A stretch of DNA of 62,591 bases, filler included, from Squatina squatina (GCA_031763465.1; 3 parts of 3 records of this genome joined end to end with filler, not necessarily neighbours in it); one strand, 5' to 3'; positions 37,908 through 52,594 are shown, counted from the first letter of the whole stretch. The notes: a model not told the origin generated them from the letters alone. Made by a program: numbers and translations.

Positions 37908-38607
37908 NNNNNNNNNNNNNNNNNNNNNNNNNNNNNNNNNNNNNNNNNNNNNNNNNNNNNNNNNNNNNNNNNNNNNNNNNNNNNNNNNNNNNNNNNNNNN
38001 NNNNNNNCACGGCTCTCCAGCTTAAATCACGACTGACAAAGAGAAAACCCCATAGTTCCTGGAAAGGTAGCAGCCGTAATCTCATTGTCAATTTAACTGT
38101 CAGTAAAGATGGGTTGGCTAATCACAGCTGGGGGAGGCAAAGTGGTGTTGGTTCTCTCTCCTCTCTCCAACACTGCAATCAGCAGGAAACAAAAGCTGAG
38201 GATCTGTTGCTAGAATGAATTTGAAGAAGACTTTGAAAGTCAGAATACTCTCTCCAGCTACTGTTGCTGATAAATACTGTCTGTAACAAATGCTTCCTGA
38301 CCAGCTGTCTGATACTTCAACACAGTCAACCCAACCTGTTCGCTCAGTCATTGGACTCTTGCTGTTCCCAACATTCAACAGAAGTAGGCCACGCCTCTCT
38401 GTCCCCTGCCCGGAGTCTGCTCGATACCTTAAAGAGAATTGCTGCTGCAGTGCTTGAAGCAACAAGAAAACACTGAATGCATCCCTCTCCTCCCCCAGTC
38501 AAAGCCAATGCACTCTTCCTGACACTACCCTTTAAACGACTGTCAATCAGTCAGAACCACAGACAAGATAATTATACTGCTCCACCCACTTGGGGTTTGT
38601 GTTGAAA

Positions 38608-38895
38608 CAACTGGTAGTCCAATCAAAAAAAATTAGGAACCTTTAGTAAACAAACCTAGTTACATGCTACTGTGCAATTAAAAAAATTGTTGCAATTTGC
38701 ANNNNNNNNNNNNNNNNNNNNNNNNNNNNNNNNNNNNNNNNNNNNNNNNNNNNNNNNNNNNNNNNNNNNNNNNNNNNNNNNNNNNNNNNNNNNNNNNNNN
38801 NCAACTGGTAGTCCAATCAAAAAAAATTAGGAACCTTTAGTAAACAAACCGAGTTACATGCTACTGTGCAATTAAAAAAATTGTTGCAATTTGCA
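38608..38895. repeat. 94-bp direct duplication flanking a 100-N gap (unmerged contig overlap)
   Basis: 38608-38701 equals 38802-38895 except T38657 versus G38851. Confidence 0.9.
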
Positions 38896-41629
38896 ATTAA
38901 TCAAATTTATTCTGTATACTTTAACAGTTCTTTGATATTATTCACAATATGAATTCTACGCAGAATGCATGTGAACACATTAAAGAAAAAATCTTACCCA
39001 CCAAATACAACTGGCTTTTGGGTAAAGAATAGATCACTCAAATCATGTCGTTCAGGTTCAAAGTGGCTCTTTCACCCCCACCCTAGAAATTCACAATGGC
39101 TAGAGCCTTCAGCTCGCCTCAGACACTTAACCCGATTACTCTGTCGATAACCTGATTTTAAATAACTAGTGCTCTCTATGCAGAACTCCTTCAAGCTCTG
39201 TTGCAAAAAATCCTATCATGCAGTTATTTTAGTGATAGTGTAGTCAAGCTTATACAGTTGTCATCACAGATTAAAGGCAACTATTGTTTAAAAGCACTGC
39301 ATTCTATTGAACACCAGCCAAAATAGCAAAATCACTAAAAACCATATACAACTTTGTCCTCAGGCCAGTTTCCATCACTATCTTTATCTATCTATCTCTC
39401 TCCCTCTCTCCAAAACCAAGATTCAGGCTGCTTTTCAATAAACTGCAAATGGCACCTTTACTCCATCAATTTAAAACACCACACTAACTGTGTGAATGTA
39501 AAGAGGAAAATGACTTAACCTTTTGCTGGTCTGCTGGCTGTATGTTGCTTAGAATTCTAAGCCTTAATCTGCAGTCACAGATCAGTTGTCTTAGCTGCTG
39601 ATCCAAGTAATTTTAGCAAAACATACGTACCTGCTCTGGGATGTAAAAATTGAGGGGAGAATAGCTAGTTTTACATGATTCTGCTTGCAAGCTTCATTAC
39701 TGCAAAGCCACCTCCCAGAGACAGAACACCTATCACATCACATTCAAGCAGCCACTGTACAATGCAAAATAAAAACAGTGTATCCCAAGCTGACAGCAGC
39801 TCCCAACGAATGCTCATTAACAGCAGTCGTACATGTATTTGGAGGTTTACAAGTATTCCAGCAATTTTAGCTACGAGTGACTACATTAGAGCAGGGCTGG
39901 GATGCTTCATATGTAATCCAGCTAATTCACAGTGCATTTACAAAAGCTCCACTACCGTATTCCCTTAATGACAGCAGTGACATTCTTCATATATAAACAG
40001 GACCTCAATTTAAAGCATCACATCACTAGGAAGAGAGTCAAACAGCAGCGAAGTGGTTATATAAATGTTTGTTTCTGACCACGTCAGCCCCATAATTCAC
40101 TATTGATCAATGCAGTGCTTTCACAAATAGTCTTGACAGAAGACGCAAAACTAGAAATCCACAGCAAGTGTGTGTGTGAATATACCCAATCACAAATGGA
40201 TGCATTTAAATAATTATAATGCAGTTACAACTGCAACACAAAGGGGTCAGTTGTAAAGTGGATTTGAATGTACAACATTGAGCTAAATTCATGCTGAAAA
40301 TAAACCAAAATCTCAGAGGGAGGGGGGAAAGCACATCAATGTAATATAATACATCTGTACATGTAAATGTATAGCAAGATAAATAATGACGATGCTCGGG
40401 TAGTAAAACATTTTTCCTTTTGTGCCCAGCAGTATTAGGAATTCACAGGTTAAGAATAACATTGAAGTGAAATTTATAGTTCTTTCCACTGTCCAAAGTA
40501 TAGTAAACGAGCTCCAAACAGCATCTCAATGCAACACACTTCCATTCCATTTTCCACAAAAATATTGCGTCCTAAATACTGCTGAATGAAGTCAACCAAC
40601 TAGCAACTCATGTTGCATTATGGGCACTTTTGTAGTATGGCCTTTGTCTGCTGGGAATTGAGGCAGACATAGCAGTTGTCTGGTATGGNNNNNNNNNNNN
40701 NNNNNNNNNNNNNNNNNNNNNNNNNNNNNNNNNNNNNNNNNNNNNNNNNNNNNNNNNNNNNNNNNNNNNNNNNNNNNNNNNNNNNNNNATGAATAATGGT
40801 GTAAACCTCTGGTATCTAGTACCTCATGAAATTATTTGTAAGCCTTAACATAATTAATTTAAGTGGACAGCATCTGTTGAGACACTTATTCCTATATTCA
40901 TTAGTTCCTTCAGCCTTCGCCTCCCTCCCACCACCCCTTTCAGATTCCTTTTCGCAACAAAGAGCTGCTCTGCAAACTTCAGTTACAGAAATGTCAGCAA
41001 GAAAATCTACAGGAAATCCCACTTTTTGGCATGGTTCTCCATTCTTAGAAGCTAATCAAGACACAACTGAGCCAAGAAAATTCAGTACCAGCTGGGTACA
41101 CTGCTGGCACTAACCTTTCCTGGCTCATATCTCCTGATTAGCGTCCAGGATGAAACGTAAATGTCAATCTATGGGATTTTGTTCATATAATCTTCAGGAG
41201 AGTCAATCACTTGAGCAGCAACCTGCATACTGGGAAGACTCAAAATAGGTCTCTAATGGTTGGAGATGGAAGGATTAGATTAGCCGTGTCTCAACACCAC
41301 AAATTATTTTCAATTGGAACAGAGCCACTCCAATTTCCTTTCCATCCCTCTTCTTTTAAAGGTAGAGCCTCAAGCTGGGATACGGGTGCTCTAGTCACAG
41401 AAGCCCTCCAGTACCTCAATCAAATTGTTGTTTTCGTGCGTCAGCCAGAATCACAAATGTCAGTGCGTTATGTAACCATGGAATTTATTATAACTGAGCC
41501 TGTTCCTGCCCAATTCCTGATGGCATACAGCTTGGGCTGTAGAAAGTCGGATAGTGGAGCGCAGAGGCTCTGGACACAATTTTGCAATCTTCCTCCAATA
41601 TGCAAATTGTGTCCAGGGTCAGAAGAGTA

Positions 41630-41920
41630 GTCCAATGCAACACCATTGTTCAAGAGAGAGAAGGGCAAAAACAGGCAATTTTAGACCAGTCGAACATTAG
41701 TTGTGAGCAAACTCTTAGAATCTATAATTCGACATAAAATTACTGAATATTTATAAATGTAGAGCTTAATCAAGGACAGCCAGCAAACAATGTTAAAGGC
41801 AAGTCATATTTAAACTTAGGAATTGTTTTTGAAGTGACCAATTGGATAGATAATGGGAATGCAGTTGATGTAGTATATATGGATTTTCAGAAGGCCTTGA
41901 TAAGGTCTCTTGACGGGCTT
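41630..41920 (+). mobile_element. CR1 LINE RT fragment
   Basis: DNGNAVDVVYMDFQKALI (RT VDVxYxDFxKAFD motif). Confidence 0.8.
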
Positions 41921-42020
41921 NNNNNNNNNNNNNNNNNNNNNNNNNNNNNNNNNNNNNNNNNNNNNNNNNNNNNNNNNNNNNNNNNNNNNNNNNNNNNNNN
42001 NNNNNNNNNNNNNNNNNNNN

Positions 42021-42152
42021 CCTCGAGCCTGCTCCACCATTCAATGAGATCATGGCTGATCTGATTCTGGCCTCAACTCCACTTTCCTGCCTGTTCCTCA
42101 TAACCTTTGACTCACATGCTGCTCAAAAATAAGTCTATCTCAGCCTTGAACA
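42021..42152 (-). mobile_element. CR1 LINE 3' end
   Basis: Reverse complement matches 1700-1830 (ttcaaggctgagatagac...gatcagccatgatctcattgaatggtggagcagg). Confidence 0.8.
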
Positions 42153-43646
42153 TAATGAGAGAATAATTGTTACAACTTCTGGGCTACTGCCAATATCTTC
42201 ACAGGTTCGGTAGCATCAGTCGTTCCCTCCCATAAGTGGAATCCCTGCTCCATATGTGCTGGACTAATATCTATTTATACAATAGCACAATCCAGGAGTG
42301 TATCAATTTGTATGATGTCATTTGAATGAGACATTTGTTTCTTTTGCTTGTACCCCCATGTGTAAATCATTAAGCTGCTGAATTTTTTACATTTTTTAAC
42401 TTTTGACTCTTGAAATAAATAAAGATGGGATTGCACTTTAAAAAATTACAAAATAACACAACCCAGAAGGAGCACATGATGCAAATCTTTGTACACACTT
42501 CAGGGAATACTACATATTCAGCAAGCTCTCAGATTTAAACTATTGTACAACTGGAGACCATTTACTTCATACATGAAATAGGAATGAGTGAGGAGAGGTG
42601 AATTCCACCAGACAATAAAAACTCCCTTTCTTTCCCATCTATCCCCTCAGTTAGGAATGATCATTTGGTTCATTGATATTTTCAATCATTTTCCAATATT
42701 TACACTATCCTCAGCCCGTCCTCCCCTTTATCCTAGCCAGAAGGAAATCCTCTACACATTGGCCACACTTGTCAGTTTTTCTTTCACTTTCTCAGTTTTG
42801 TTGTGGTTAGGCTTTCAATGTTTCCCCTCATTATTGTGTTGATATCTGTTATTCTGGAACAGTTCCACATGTTTTATTTATTCCTGCATGTGTTAAATGT
42901 AGTTAGGAACTAATTTGCTACTGTGTGTTTTTAAGTATTACCACAGCTTTTGTGAAAGAAAAGTACGAGGGCTTCCTTACCTGATGTTCCTGGTTAATAT
43001 GTTTTTTTATTCACAAACTGAATCTAATGACCAGTTTCTTTCTAATTTAAAGAACAAATCCTCAGGTGGAGGGAGAAAGGAGTTATAATAAACTATACTT
43101 TTATGAAAGTTTTAATATATTTACCATTTGAAATTAACACTGCATTTAGTGGACTGACCCACCTATTGACTATAAGTAATTTCTCATAGTCTGCTGCCTT
43201 TGTTCAGAACTCCAGGTGAGTAATAGAGAAATTGAATGGTGACTCAAGCCAAGTAAATGTAAGGGCATTTACTTTTAACATAATGGCCTTGAATTTGCGA
43301 TCCTCCGTGCGGAAGCCTCCAATCGCAAAAATGTCTACGAACTTACCTGGATCCACGTGAGCTTGCGATTTTCTGCCCCCCACATTTGGAGATTCGGATC
43401 GGAGCTCTTCTCTTTCCTGGGTAAGTCCAGCGAAGAACCTGGAGAGGTCACATGGGAGGCCCCAACCAATCAGGTAGGAGTATCTCTCATTCAAGCTTTG
43501 ACAGTTCTGACAGGTCTGTCAAAAATTGAGAGATGAAAAACTACACAAACACATCCAAAAACATTTTAAGAACGATTGTAACGTTAACATTTAATAAAAA
43601 GGAGATAAATAAGACAAAAAATATTTTTCTGAAATAAAAAAAACCT

Positions 43647-43746
43647 NNNNNNNNNNNNNNNNNNNNNNNNNNNNNNNNNNNNNNNNNNNNTTAATTAATT
43701 AANNNNNNNNNNNNNNNNNNNNNNNNNNNNNNNNNNNNNNNNNNNN
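43647..43746. other. Artificial scaffold-joining linker
   Basis: N44-TTAATTAATTAA-N44. Confidence 0.95.
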
Positions 43747-46700
43747 GCTACATGATTTTCAGGGAAAATCATTATTTCAGTCAATTCAATCTTTGTGCAA
43801 AAGCTTGATGGTTTTGTGACATTTTCCAAAAGGAAGAGGATAAAAGCCCAAAAGGGACTGATCAGGGATTAAGAAAGAACACAGACATCTTGCAGGCAAC
43901 TCATTTTGTTGAATAACACGACAGCGAGGAGAGTGCCCTGGGGCACTTTTCCAAGTTGCCCACTCTGTGTGCCANNNNNNNNNNGGAACCTCATCTTCTC
44001 AGGTTGCAGAGCTGAGTGTGGGCTCTGTGCCTCTTCTGCCAGGACCTTCTCAAACCCAAGTGCATCCGCTGATCCCTCCAGAGGAGTAATTGCACCAACA
44101 CCAGCTGCAAGGATGCATGTTTAGTGTATCTTTTCATTCAATGTGAAAGATGTTGAACAGAAATATTCAGAAGCCGTCGTGCTTGGGATTGAATAAAAAA
44201 GTAAGTAGGAAAATCAGGGTAGAAAATGAAAACTGGAAAGCATCCATAAATTAGAGTAAAATCATTTGTGATGCTGGTAATTTCCTGTAGTGTACTCACT
44301 CATTCACTTTAATGCAGTTAACCCAATAAATTACAATGATTTATGTTCCCGAATTCTGTATTTAGCCAGACAAAATAAAATACTCAAATGAATGAATCTG
44401 CTGTATATTCATCCTTCTTCAATGCGAGATGATGTACTGTAAGAAAGAAAAAACACTGTCTGTGATTATAATTAATACCAAACCTCATTCATTTTAAATC
44501 AATTTTATCAAGAGACCTGGGACTGATCTAAATTAATTGTGAATGTGTACTTGGTGTGCTGACTTTTTGAATGACATTTCTTAAAAAAAAGTGTGTTTCA
44601 TCCTTAAGCTTTGGGAAAATTCAGAATCATCTGAAATTTACAAGTTGAACTAATACAACCAAGAGTTCTGCTGGCCAGTTTTGTCTTCAATCATTTTAAT
44701 AAGGACAGGGTTCAGGACAAACTGAGCATGTTTCCTTAATCAGACATGATTTAAAAAGGCAATATTTGTTGAGTATGGGATTTTTCAACATTATGCTACT
44801 TTAAATTCACACTGCAAGTGCATGTATCATTTACACTGAAATCCTTTTCAACTGGAATTTCTGTTCCAGAAAGTAATTTGTGGGTTGCACTAAAGGGTAT
44901 GATTGCAAATCAAAAGAACATTCAAATAATATAACTGGTTTTAGTGCAAAACATACCACCAGCACAAATTTTATGTGTTTTAAAGTTTAACACTATTAAA
45001 TAAATATTTATTCCACCACAGAATTAAAGTTTGAGCTTCTTTTGAATGAGTGGAGCTCACTCACACATATCCTGTTGCCTATCAAAGAATTACCATTATA
45101 TAAAATAAAGGCAAACTTCCATTTAGAGTGTATTTAACTATCACGTTTCTGACTCAAAAGAAATGGGACTAAAATGACTAATCAAGATGTTGTTTTCCTA
45201 GATGAAAGCAAGGTCTGACAATGTCAGTGCAAACAATATGAATGGCTCTCATTTACAAAATCATTCAATGCATTTATCTGAGGAGAATATAAATGTTAAA
45301 AGTTAAAAGAAAAAATATCAGTGGAGGTCAATTTAGTATATCAAGGAAATCATACCTTAGTTTGAAGAGGGGATAGCAGTTTACTATGAATTCTTATTCT
45401 GGTATGATGTGACCCAGAGGTATTAATAATCTCCTTTCATAGCTATTTAATAGACAGAGACACAGAACATCAGAGTAATAACAAGTGTAACGAGGCAGTC
45501 TGGAGCTTGTTTACCATCTTGTTATTTTTAACGCTAATTTTAGGATGTTAAAAATAGGTTAATTGCATAAGATCTGTTTCAGACAGGAATAAGTTTGTAA
45601 ACATACCACAAGAACAACCCTTCTATTACCAAGTGAGGAAATGTTTTAAATCTAATATGTGTACTGAAATAAACCATTCTTGGGGCAACTGTTGAAATAA
45701 TTCAAAGAAAAGGAAAACATGAAAAGGAAGAAAATACTTTGTGTGGTTGAATGATTGCTTTCAAAAAATTATTATTAGTATTTTAGTTAAGTGAAACATA
45801 AAAGCAGAAAAATCAGTTGAGTATTGTTTTGATGGCAATTTAAATATAAATTAATGGAGCAAAATATCTGTCCTTATGCAAAAATGCAAGTAACTTCAGT
45901 TTGGATGGAAATTACAATTCATCTTGACTCCACACTTTGAATGATAAATATTTTAATTTATGTTTTCAGTTTCAGTAATTTTATAAATAATCAGTGTGAC
46001 AGGAGATAGAAACTGGTTGGGTTTATTAATCTTGTTTAGGAGATCTGAAATATAGAAGGAAATATTAGAGAGAAACACTACTGATTATGGTGAATTTATG
46101 GTCAGTTTGACATTCTATTTTAAAATATAAATGAACTCAATCCAATTAATATGTTTGAGGAAGGTTGAAGTCTTGCTTTAATCAGAAAAATATTTTGTTT
46201 TCTATTTCAATACTGTAGTTATATATTATATTATATTGAAAGCAAATTAAATTGTTTAAAAGACTTTGTATGTTGCCCATGTTTTAAACAGACATAGTTT
46301 CAGAGTCTCATAAAATAAGAGGCAAAGTTTACTGTTGCAGATTGTAAGTATTGTTAAGAAGTCACAATGTTCTGTGCTCATTGACCAATCAATTTTTCAC
46401 AAAGTCCAGTTTGATGCCTTGTATATGCTTAAATTTAGCTGAAACGCCTTGCGAAGTTTTACTGCGTTAAAGGTGCTATATCAATACAAGTTGTTGTTAT
46501 ATTTACCTTTTATATTGTATTATACTTATTGTAATGAAGATAATAATTGTACAACGCCAAAATCTAGAGAATTGATACAGTGTTAGTCCCATCTTTTGTG
46601 AAATTTGCATAAAATTGCATCTAATATTTGAAATATAAATCCTGCACACTGAAAATAAACATATAATTTAAATTCTACAAATTATATTTGGGCCCCAGTG

Positions 46701-49700
46701 CCTTGTAGATTATATTGCAGTTTGTACAAATATTATTGAAGGTGTTCAAGTTAGTATACAGACAAGTTGTGATCACCATGACAGTAATTTCAAAAGAAGA
46801 ACAATCACATTCGATGGGTTATTCATGTAGTGATGTATGTGCGACTTATAATAAAAGGGCTTCCTACTCCTATTGACTGCGAGTAGAAATCAGTCTCTTT
46901 GCAGTCTCTCCCATACAGACTCCTGCCTGCAACCTTACCCGTATGGAGATCAAAGACCCCTTGTCTGTGTTGTCAGTGTGAGTGACAGGCCAGCGAACTG
47001 CAATTTAGTGTTCAACCCTCAGTACAATAATGATACCTCTTCCTTACTTAGATCGGTGAAATCAAAGTGGCATTGATTTTAGTGCTTAATTTCATCCCTT
47101 CCGTGGGCTAACAGATGACCCTACTGTAATAGTAGAACACTTTCAAACATGCAACTCCTAGATAACAAACTTTAATTATAAATTCAACTTCCTTATATTT
47201 TTCTTNNNNNNNNNNNNNNNNNNNNNNNNNNNNNNNNNNNNNNNNNNNNNNNNNNNNNNNNNNNNNNNNNNNNNNNNNNNNNNNNNNNNNNNNNNNNNNN
47301 NNNNNCTATTTTTCCCAGGTCACACTTCCTTTTGTGGAACTTGGTTTATGTCCATGTCTGTAAAATTCAAAAATGTGCAGCGGCCTTAAAATGGAGAGAA
47401 GGAACAATATTTTCCCTTTTCACCAAGTGGACAAATTCCAATGAATATACAGTTTCTGTAAGGGGAGAACTTTGGCATACTAAAGATATGAGGGGCAGTT
47501 CTTTTTAAATTGGCTATTTGAAACAACAGCATTTGCTATCTAAAAACTCAGTACCTGCCAGCAGTTTCCAGTGCTTTGATCAGTACTGGCGTCTGGTCTG
47601 AAAAGCCAATGTGGGACCCACAGGGCACAATATTCCCTGGCATCAGGTTGCAGATGGCTTACTAGTGAATGCATGATCAGAGCATCCACCAAAGTCAGTA
47701 TTTTCTTCTTGTAAGTTCTGAAAGATTTCATGTATTTTGACAGTTTATTTTGGCTACAATTTGTGCATAACTATTAAATTACTGCTTTCTTTTTTAGCTG
47801 ACAGGAAATGTGAAGCCCGCATGATTGCAGACACGTAGAAAAAAAGTGTGAGGCATTCTGGGATGACTGTAGAAGAAGACTCAGTCAATGTGGGACACAC
47901 AACCACATGAACAAAAAAAATTATATTCTGAACTATTGGGAAACATTTCATGGTTGGATTGGTTTCTCTGTGCATGGAATAGGAATGAATGGGAAGCGAT
48001 TTGCTATTGGAATTCCATACAATGAGGGTGAATAGGCAGCCTTTGGTACATTGGAATTCTACCCAATAAGTGTTGATGAGAAATGATTTGTACCTTGTAA
48101 TTCTATCCAATGGGAAGCAGTTTGATCCATTGGAAATTCTCCATAATTGTACAGAACCTCAATGGACGAATCCATTTTCCATGATGAGGAATGTTGGAGA
48201 TGGCAGCATATTAGAAAGTAATTGGTTTTCACTAAATAAGAGTTTGAGATCATCTGGTAGATTATTGAGGAGTAAAAAGTTAAGTTCACAAATGATTGTG
48301 CAAATAAATGGATTGTTTAATTCAGTGATGTGTAAGTAAATAGAATTACCANNNNNNNNNNNNNNNNNNNNNNNNNNNNNNNNNNNNNNNNNNNNNNNNN
48401 NNNNNNNNNNNNNNNNNNNNNNNNNNNNNNNNNNNNNNNNNNNNNNNNNNNAGTTCGGCGGTGGGCACTCGAGGGACCCATGGTGGGCTGGATAGAAGCT
48501 TTCGCGGGCCGTACTCTGGGCCGCCTGTTGGACAACCCTGGGCTAGAAATTGCGATCAGAGGTGTGCCTCCGACCTGCAAAACAATTATCAAAGTACCTC
48601 CCAGTGCCCAGGCTCGAGGCAGAGGGCAGCGTAATGGACTACAGATCCCAAGATGCAGGCAGTTCGGAAGCGTATCTGGGACCACGTGGGCCCGGTCCTG
48701 TCACTGACAAAGGGGAATTCCATTTCAATCATTTATGATGGGAACCCCCATATGATATGCAATGGAATTCCAAAATCTATAATTATACAATTTACGGAAA
48801 TGGAATTTTATTAATTACACCAACCTCAATAAAAATTACATTTTTTGATACAAATTTTAAGCATCATTAAAACTGTAATCCGGGCCAATATTTGCATAAA
48901 CTCAGTACAGTATATAAACTTAATACAGTATATGCGCTTAATTTTGGATATGAAAATGTTTAATTTAAGCCTTGGATATCTCCTTACGCAGATGCAAACA
49001 GGCCTTATTCTTGCTTGCATTAAGCGTAAGACTTACGTGGGCAAATAACCTAACTTTGCGCCAGCGATTGCATTTTTTGGGGGCCCTATGGATCGCCTGT
49101 TAACGTGTACATTGACAGGCAGCAGGTTAAATCTGGAGCTTGCGAGGCATTTAAAAGGGAATGCAATGGCGTACTCTCAGAGTATGCTGTCACAGATGAC
49201 TCTAAAATTGCAGTATTATAAAATTGTTGTACTACACTAAACTCAGCAGCTTCAGAGCTTATATCTTTTTTTCCAGGATGGGTTTTAGAGTCAAATGGTA
49301 TGGGGTTTTATTGATTAGTGGCCACTAAATGAGCATTTATGGGCACTAACTGAAAATCTGTGGATGCATCATGGCAAAATTGAGGATGGGGTTATTGGTG
49401 GAGAACCTTTTACATAGAGCTTTACTTAGTTGAGGGATATGAGGAAGGAATATAACTATCTGCCTTGCTCCATGCCATTGTTTTGTGGCTGAATACAAAT
49501 TAAAATTTGGTATCTGTAGTCTTATGCAAGTCTATGGGCCAATTTCATCAGTATGATCCCATTTGAAGGGAGCTGTCCACAGTTAAGTAGCAATAAGGAA
49601 TATGAAAAGCTTAGATATGTTTTTCTAATTTATCTGCGTACCTCAACGTGCATTCTTTTGAATGTTCAGTATTGAACTAAATGATTAATTTAAAACAGGT

Positions 49701-50000
49701 TAATGAGACACATAGAATGTGGTTAAAAGTAGAACTTTTAGGATTTGTATGTAGAGGAAACTGAATTTGGAACACTGACTTTTTAAATGTATATGCCAAA
49801 AGGGAAGCAATACCGTGTTGGTTTAAGCTCACTGTGTAGTGGTAAATAATGGGCCCTTGTGTGGTAATAAACAGTAACCTCAATCTGATTTGATTAGGAA
49901 NNNNNNNNNNNNNNNNNNNNNNNNNNNNNNNNNNNNNNNNNNNNNNNNNNNNNNNNNNNNNNNNNNNNNNNNNNNNNNNNNNNNNNNNNNNNNNNNNNNN

Positions 50001-50575
50001 CTGGATATTCTCTGGCGAGTGACTCACCACCTCCTGACTCCCCAAAGCCTTTCCATTGTCGACCAGGCACAAGTCAGGAGTGTAATGGAATACTCCCACT
50101 TGCCTGGAAGAGTGCAGCTCCAACAACATTCAAGAAACTCAACACGATCCAGGACAAAGCAACCCATTTGATTGGCACCCCACCCACCACCTTATACATT
50201 CCCTCCCTCCACCGCCGGCGGTCCGTATCTGCAGTGTGTACCATCTGCAAGATGCACTGTAGCAACTCACTAACATTTCCCCGATAGCACCTCTCGTGAC
50301 CTCTATCACCTAGAAGGACAAGGGCAGCAGACACATGGGAAAACTATCACCTGCAAGCTCCCCTCCAAGTTACACACTGTCCTGACTTGGAAACATATCC
50401 CCGTTCCTTCATCGTCGCTGGGTCAAAATCCTGGAACTCCCTCCCTAGCAGGACTGTGGGAGTACCTTCACCACATAGACTGCAGCGGTTCAAGAAGGAG
50501 GCTCACCACCACCTTCTCGAGGGTAATTAGGGATGGGTAATAAATGTTGGCCTTGTCAGAGGCGCCCACGTGAAC
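50001..50575 (+). mobile_element. CR1-group LINE 3' portion (second family)
   Basis: LLTPQSLSIVDQAQVRSVMEYS...AGSKSWNSLPS...LQRFKKEAHHHLLEGN plus 3' tail. Confidence 0.85.
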
Positions 50576-50829
50576 TGATTTTTTTATAAAATTAAATTAA
50601 TTTTTATTGGCTTTTTAAAGCCAAAGGGGTTTTTGGTGTAACACTTAACTGCAGTTCAGGGCCTGTAAGCTTTGCAAAGTAATACATTCCTTCTGTGGGG
50701 CCGCCTTAATGCTAAGGCTTGAAACACTACAGTGATGCAATATTGTATTTGAGGATTTGGCCCCTATTTCTACTTTAATGAATGTCTCTTATTTGTATTG
50801 CAATAACATAGTTTACTTTGTATTTGCAG

Positions 50830-50945
50830 GCTGATCTCCTTTCAAGATTTTTTTGCATTTGAGTCTGTTTTGCGTGCACCAGATGCCTTATACGTTGTTG
50901 CTTTCCAGCTATTTGACAAGAATGGCAGAGAAGAAGTCAGCTTTG
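50830..50945 (+). CDS. SLC25A13: Citrin/aralar-type aspartate-glutamate carrier (SLC25A13-like), exon 4 equivalent (EF2 end, EF3)
   Basis: 116 nt, gcag|G ... TTT G|gtgcgt; [38 protein letters not shown]. Paralogue identity uncertain. Confidence 0.85.
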
Positions 50946-52454
50946 GTGCGTACTGCTAGAAAAGTGTCGGATAAATAGTGGAGATAAAAAACAAGACTAA
51001 AAATGTTGGAAGTCTAAAATAAAATGAGTATTTAGGCAGCATGCCATTGAATGCTCATGTGAAAGATAGGTTTACATTTTCAGTGTAACTTTTCACCAGA
51101 ACCAAAGGGTTCCATCTGAAATATTAACCTATTGCTTTCCCCATGCTAACTGTGGATTCCCTTCATTTTTTGTTTTCAATTTGTAAACAGTGATATTCCT
51201 ATTTTTCATTTTAAAACCATATTTATTCCTGTTTTCTAAATGCATTTAGTGAATCATTACTGTAGTCCCTACAGCATTAGATGTGTTTTCATGCCCATAA
51301 GTCAACCAGTATATTTTACTTCATAAGAAGAAAAAAACTAAAACAAAGTACCTCCTTATACCATTGGCTTCCTCAGATTAGCTTCAGCTGTAGGATTGGG
51401 ATCATTTCCATGGTGAGGCAGATGTCAGGAGAAGTCACCTACACATTTACCCTTTTATAGGAATTGTTATTTATTACAACTATTAATGGATTGTCTTGCA
51501 GATCTGGAAGAAGCTGTGAATTGCCATGAATCTGGCAACGGCTCACTCAACACCCACAACTATCTTTTAAAATGAAAGCCTTTCTGAGAGGCTTTATTGC
51601 ACAAGTAGAAGGCAAAATGTATTTTATTATTGACCTGGTTACAAAGTTTACTTATCCGATTCAAAAAGTGAATTTTTAGACAGTATGTTAGTGACTCTTT
51701 CTTGGTCAAACTTCCTGTTTTTCTCTAACCATAATTCTGTAATTCACTGTTCCTCCTGCTGCTTATAAACCATCAAAATCAAAATGTCACATTATGTTAN
51801 NNNNNNNNNNNNNNNNNNNNNNNNNNNNNNNNNNNNNNNNNNNNNNNNNNNNNNNNNNNNNNNNNNNNNNNNNNNNNNNNNNNNNNNNNNNNNNNNNNNA
51901 TGCAGTTAGTTAAATCTCTAGCTTCAGTTACTTCTGTAGCATAGAAGTAAAACTATAGCAACTATAACAAACACTTGAATAAATATTCTCAATACCTTAA
52001 TTTCAAAAGATTGAAAAAGAACTTGTTTTTCTATGGTTTGTGAAATGTTGCATTCAGTCAATAATGCATGTTGTACAAATATAAAAAATGCTTGTAAGTA
52101 TAGTATGTAACATATGTACAGTGTCTCCAGCAACTTCCAATTATTTTTGTTGTTGCAATGAGAATTGACTGGTATAATTTGTCTGGAGTAAGGCTGGAAG
52201 GCACTTATTGTTAAACTATGAATTTGATAGGTTAGTCACTACAAACATTTAACATAAGTCATGGTATATGAATATCACAGAAGAGAGAGTTTAATTTGAC
52301 AGGTGTTTGACCTTAAGTTATTTGGAATCAAATTTATATTAACACAATGCCTTAGGAGGTTAATAGAAAAGTTATTTCTGTCTTCAATTACAGGTAGCAT
52401 GAATTTTTTCCTTAGAATTATACATTAATCCATATATTTTATCATGATATATAG

Positions 52455-52594
52455 ATCACATCAAGCAAATATTTAGCCAAACTGCCATTCACCAGCATAT
52501 CCCATTTGACTGGAATTCCGAGTTTGTGAATCTACACTTTGGAAAAGATAAGAAAAATCACCTTAATTACCAAGAATTTTCTCAATTTCTCCTG
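52455..52594 (+). CDS. SLC25A13: SLC25A13-like exon 5 equivalent
   Basis: 140 nt; (D)[46 protein letters not shown]|gtatgt. Confidence 0.85.

Noticed and set aside
38608-38895. 94-bp direct repeat as an LTR or target-site duplication
   Set aside because: The copies directly flank a gap and differ at one base, which is typical of an unmerged overlap at a heterozygous site.
41211-41630. 139-aa plus-strand ORF
   Set aside because: Non-ATG start, no recognisable domain, and it grades into a decayed CR1 fragment.
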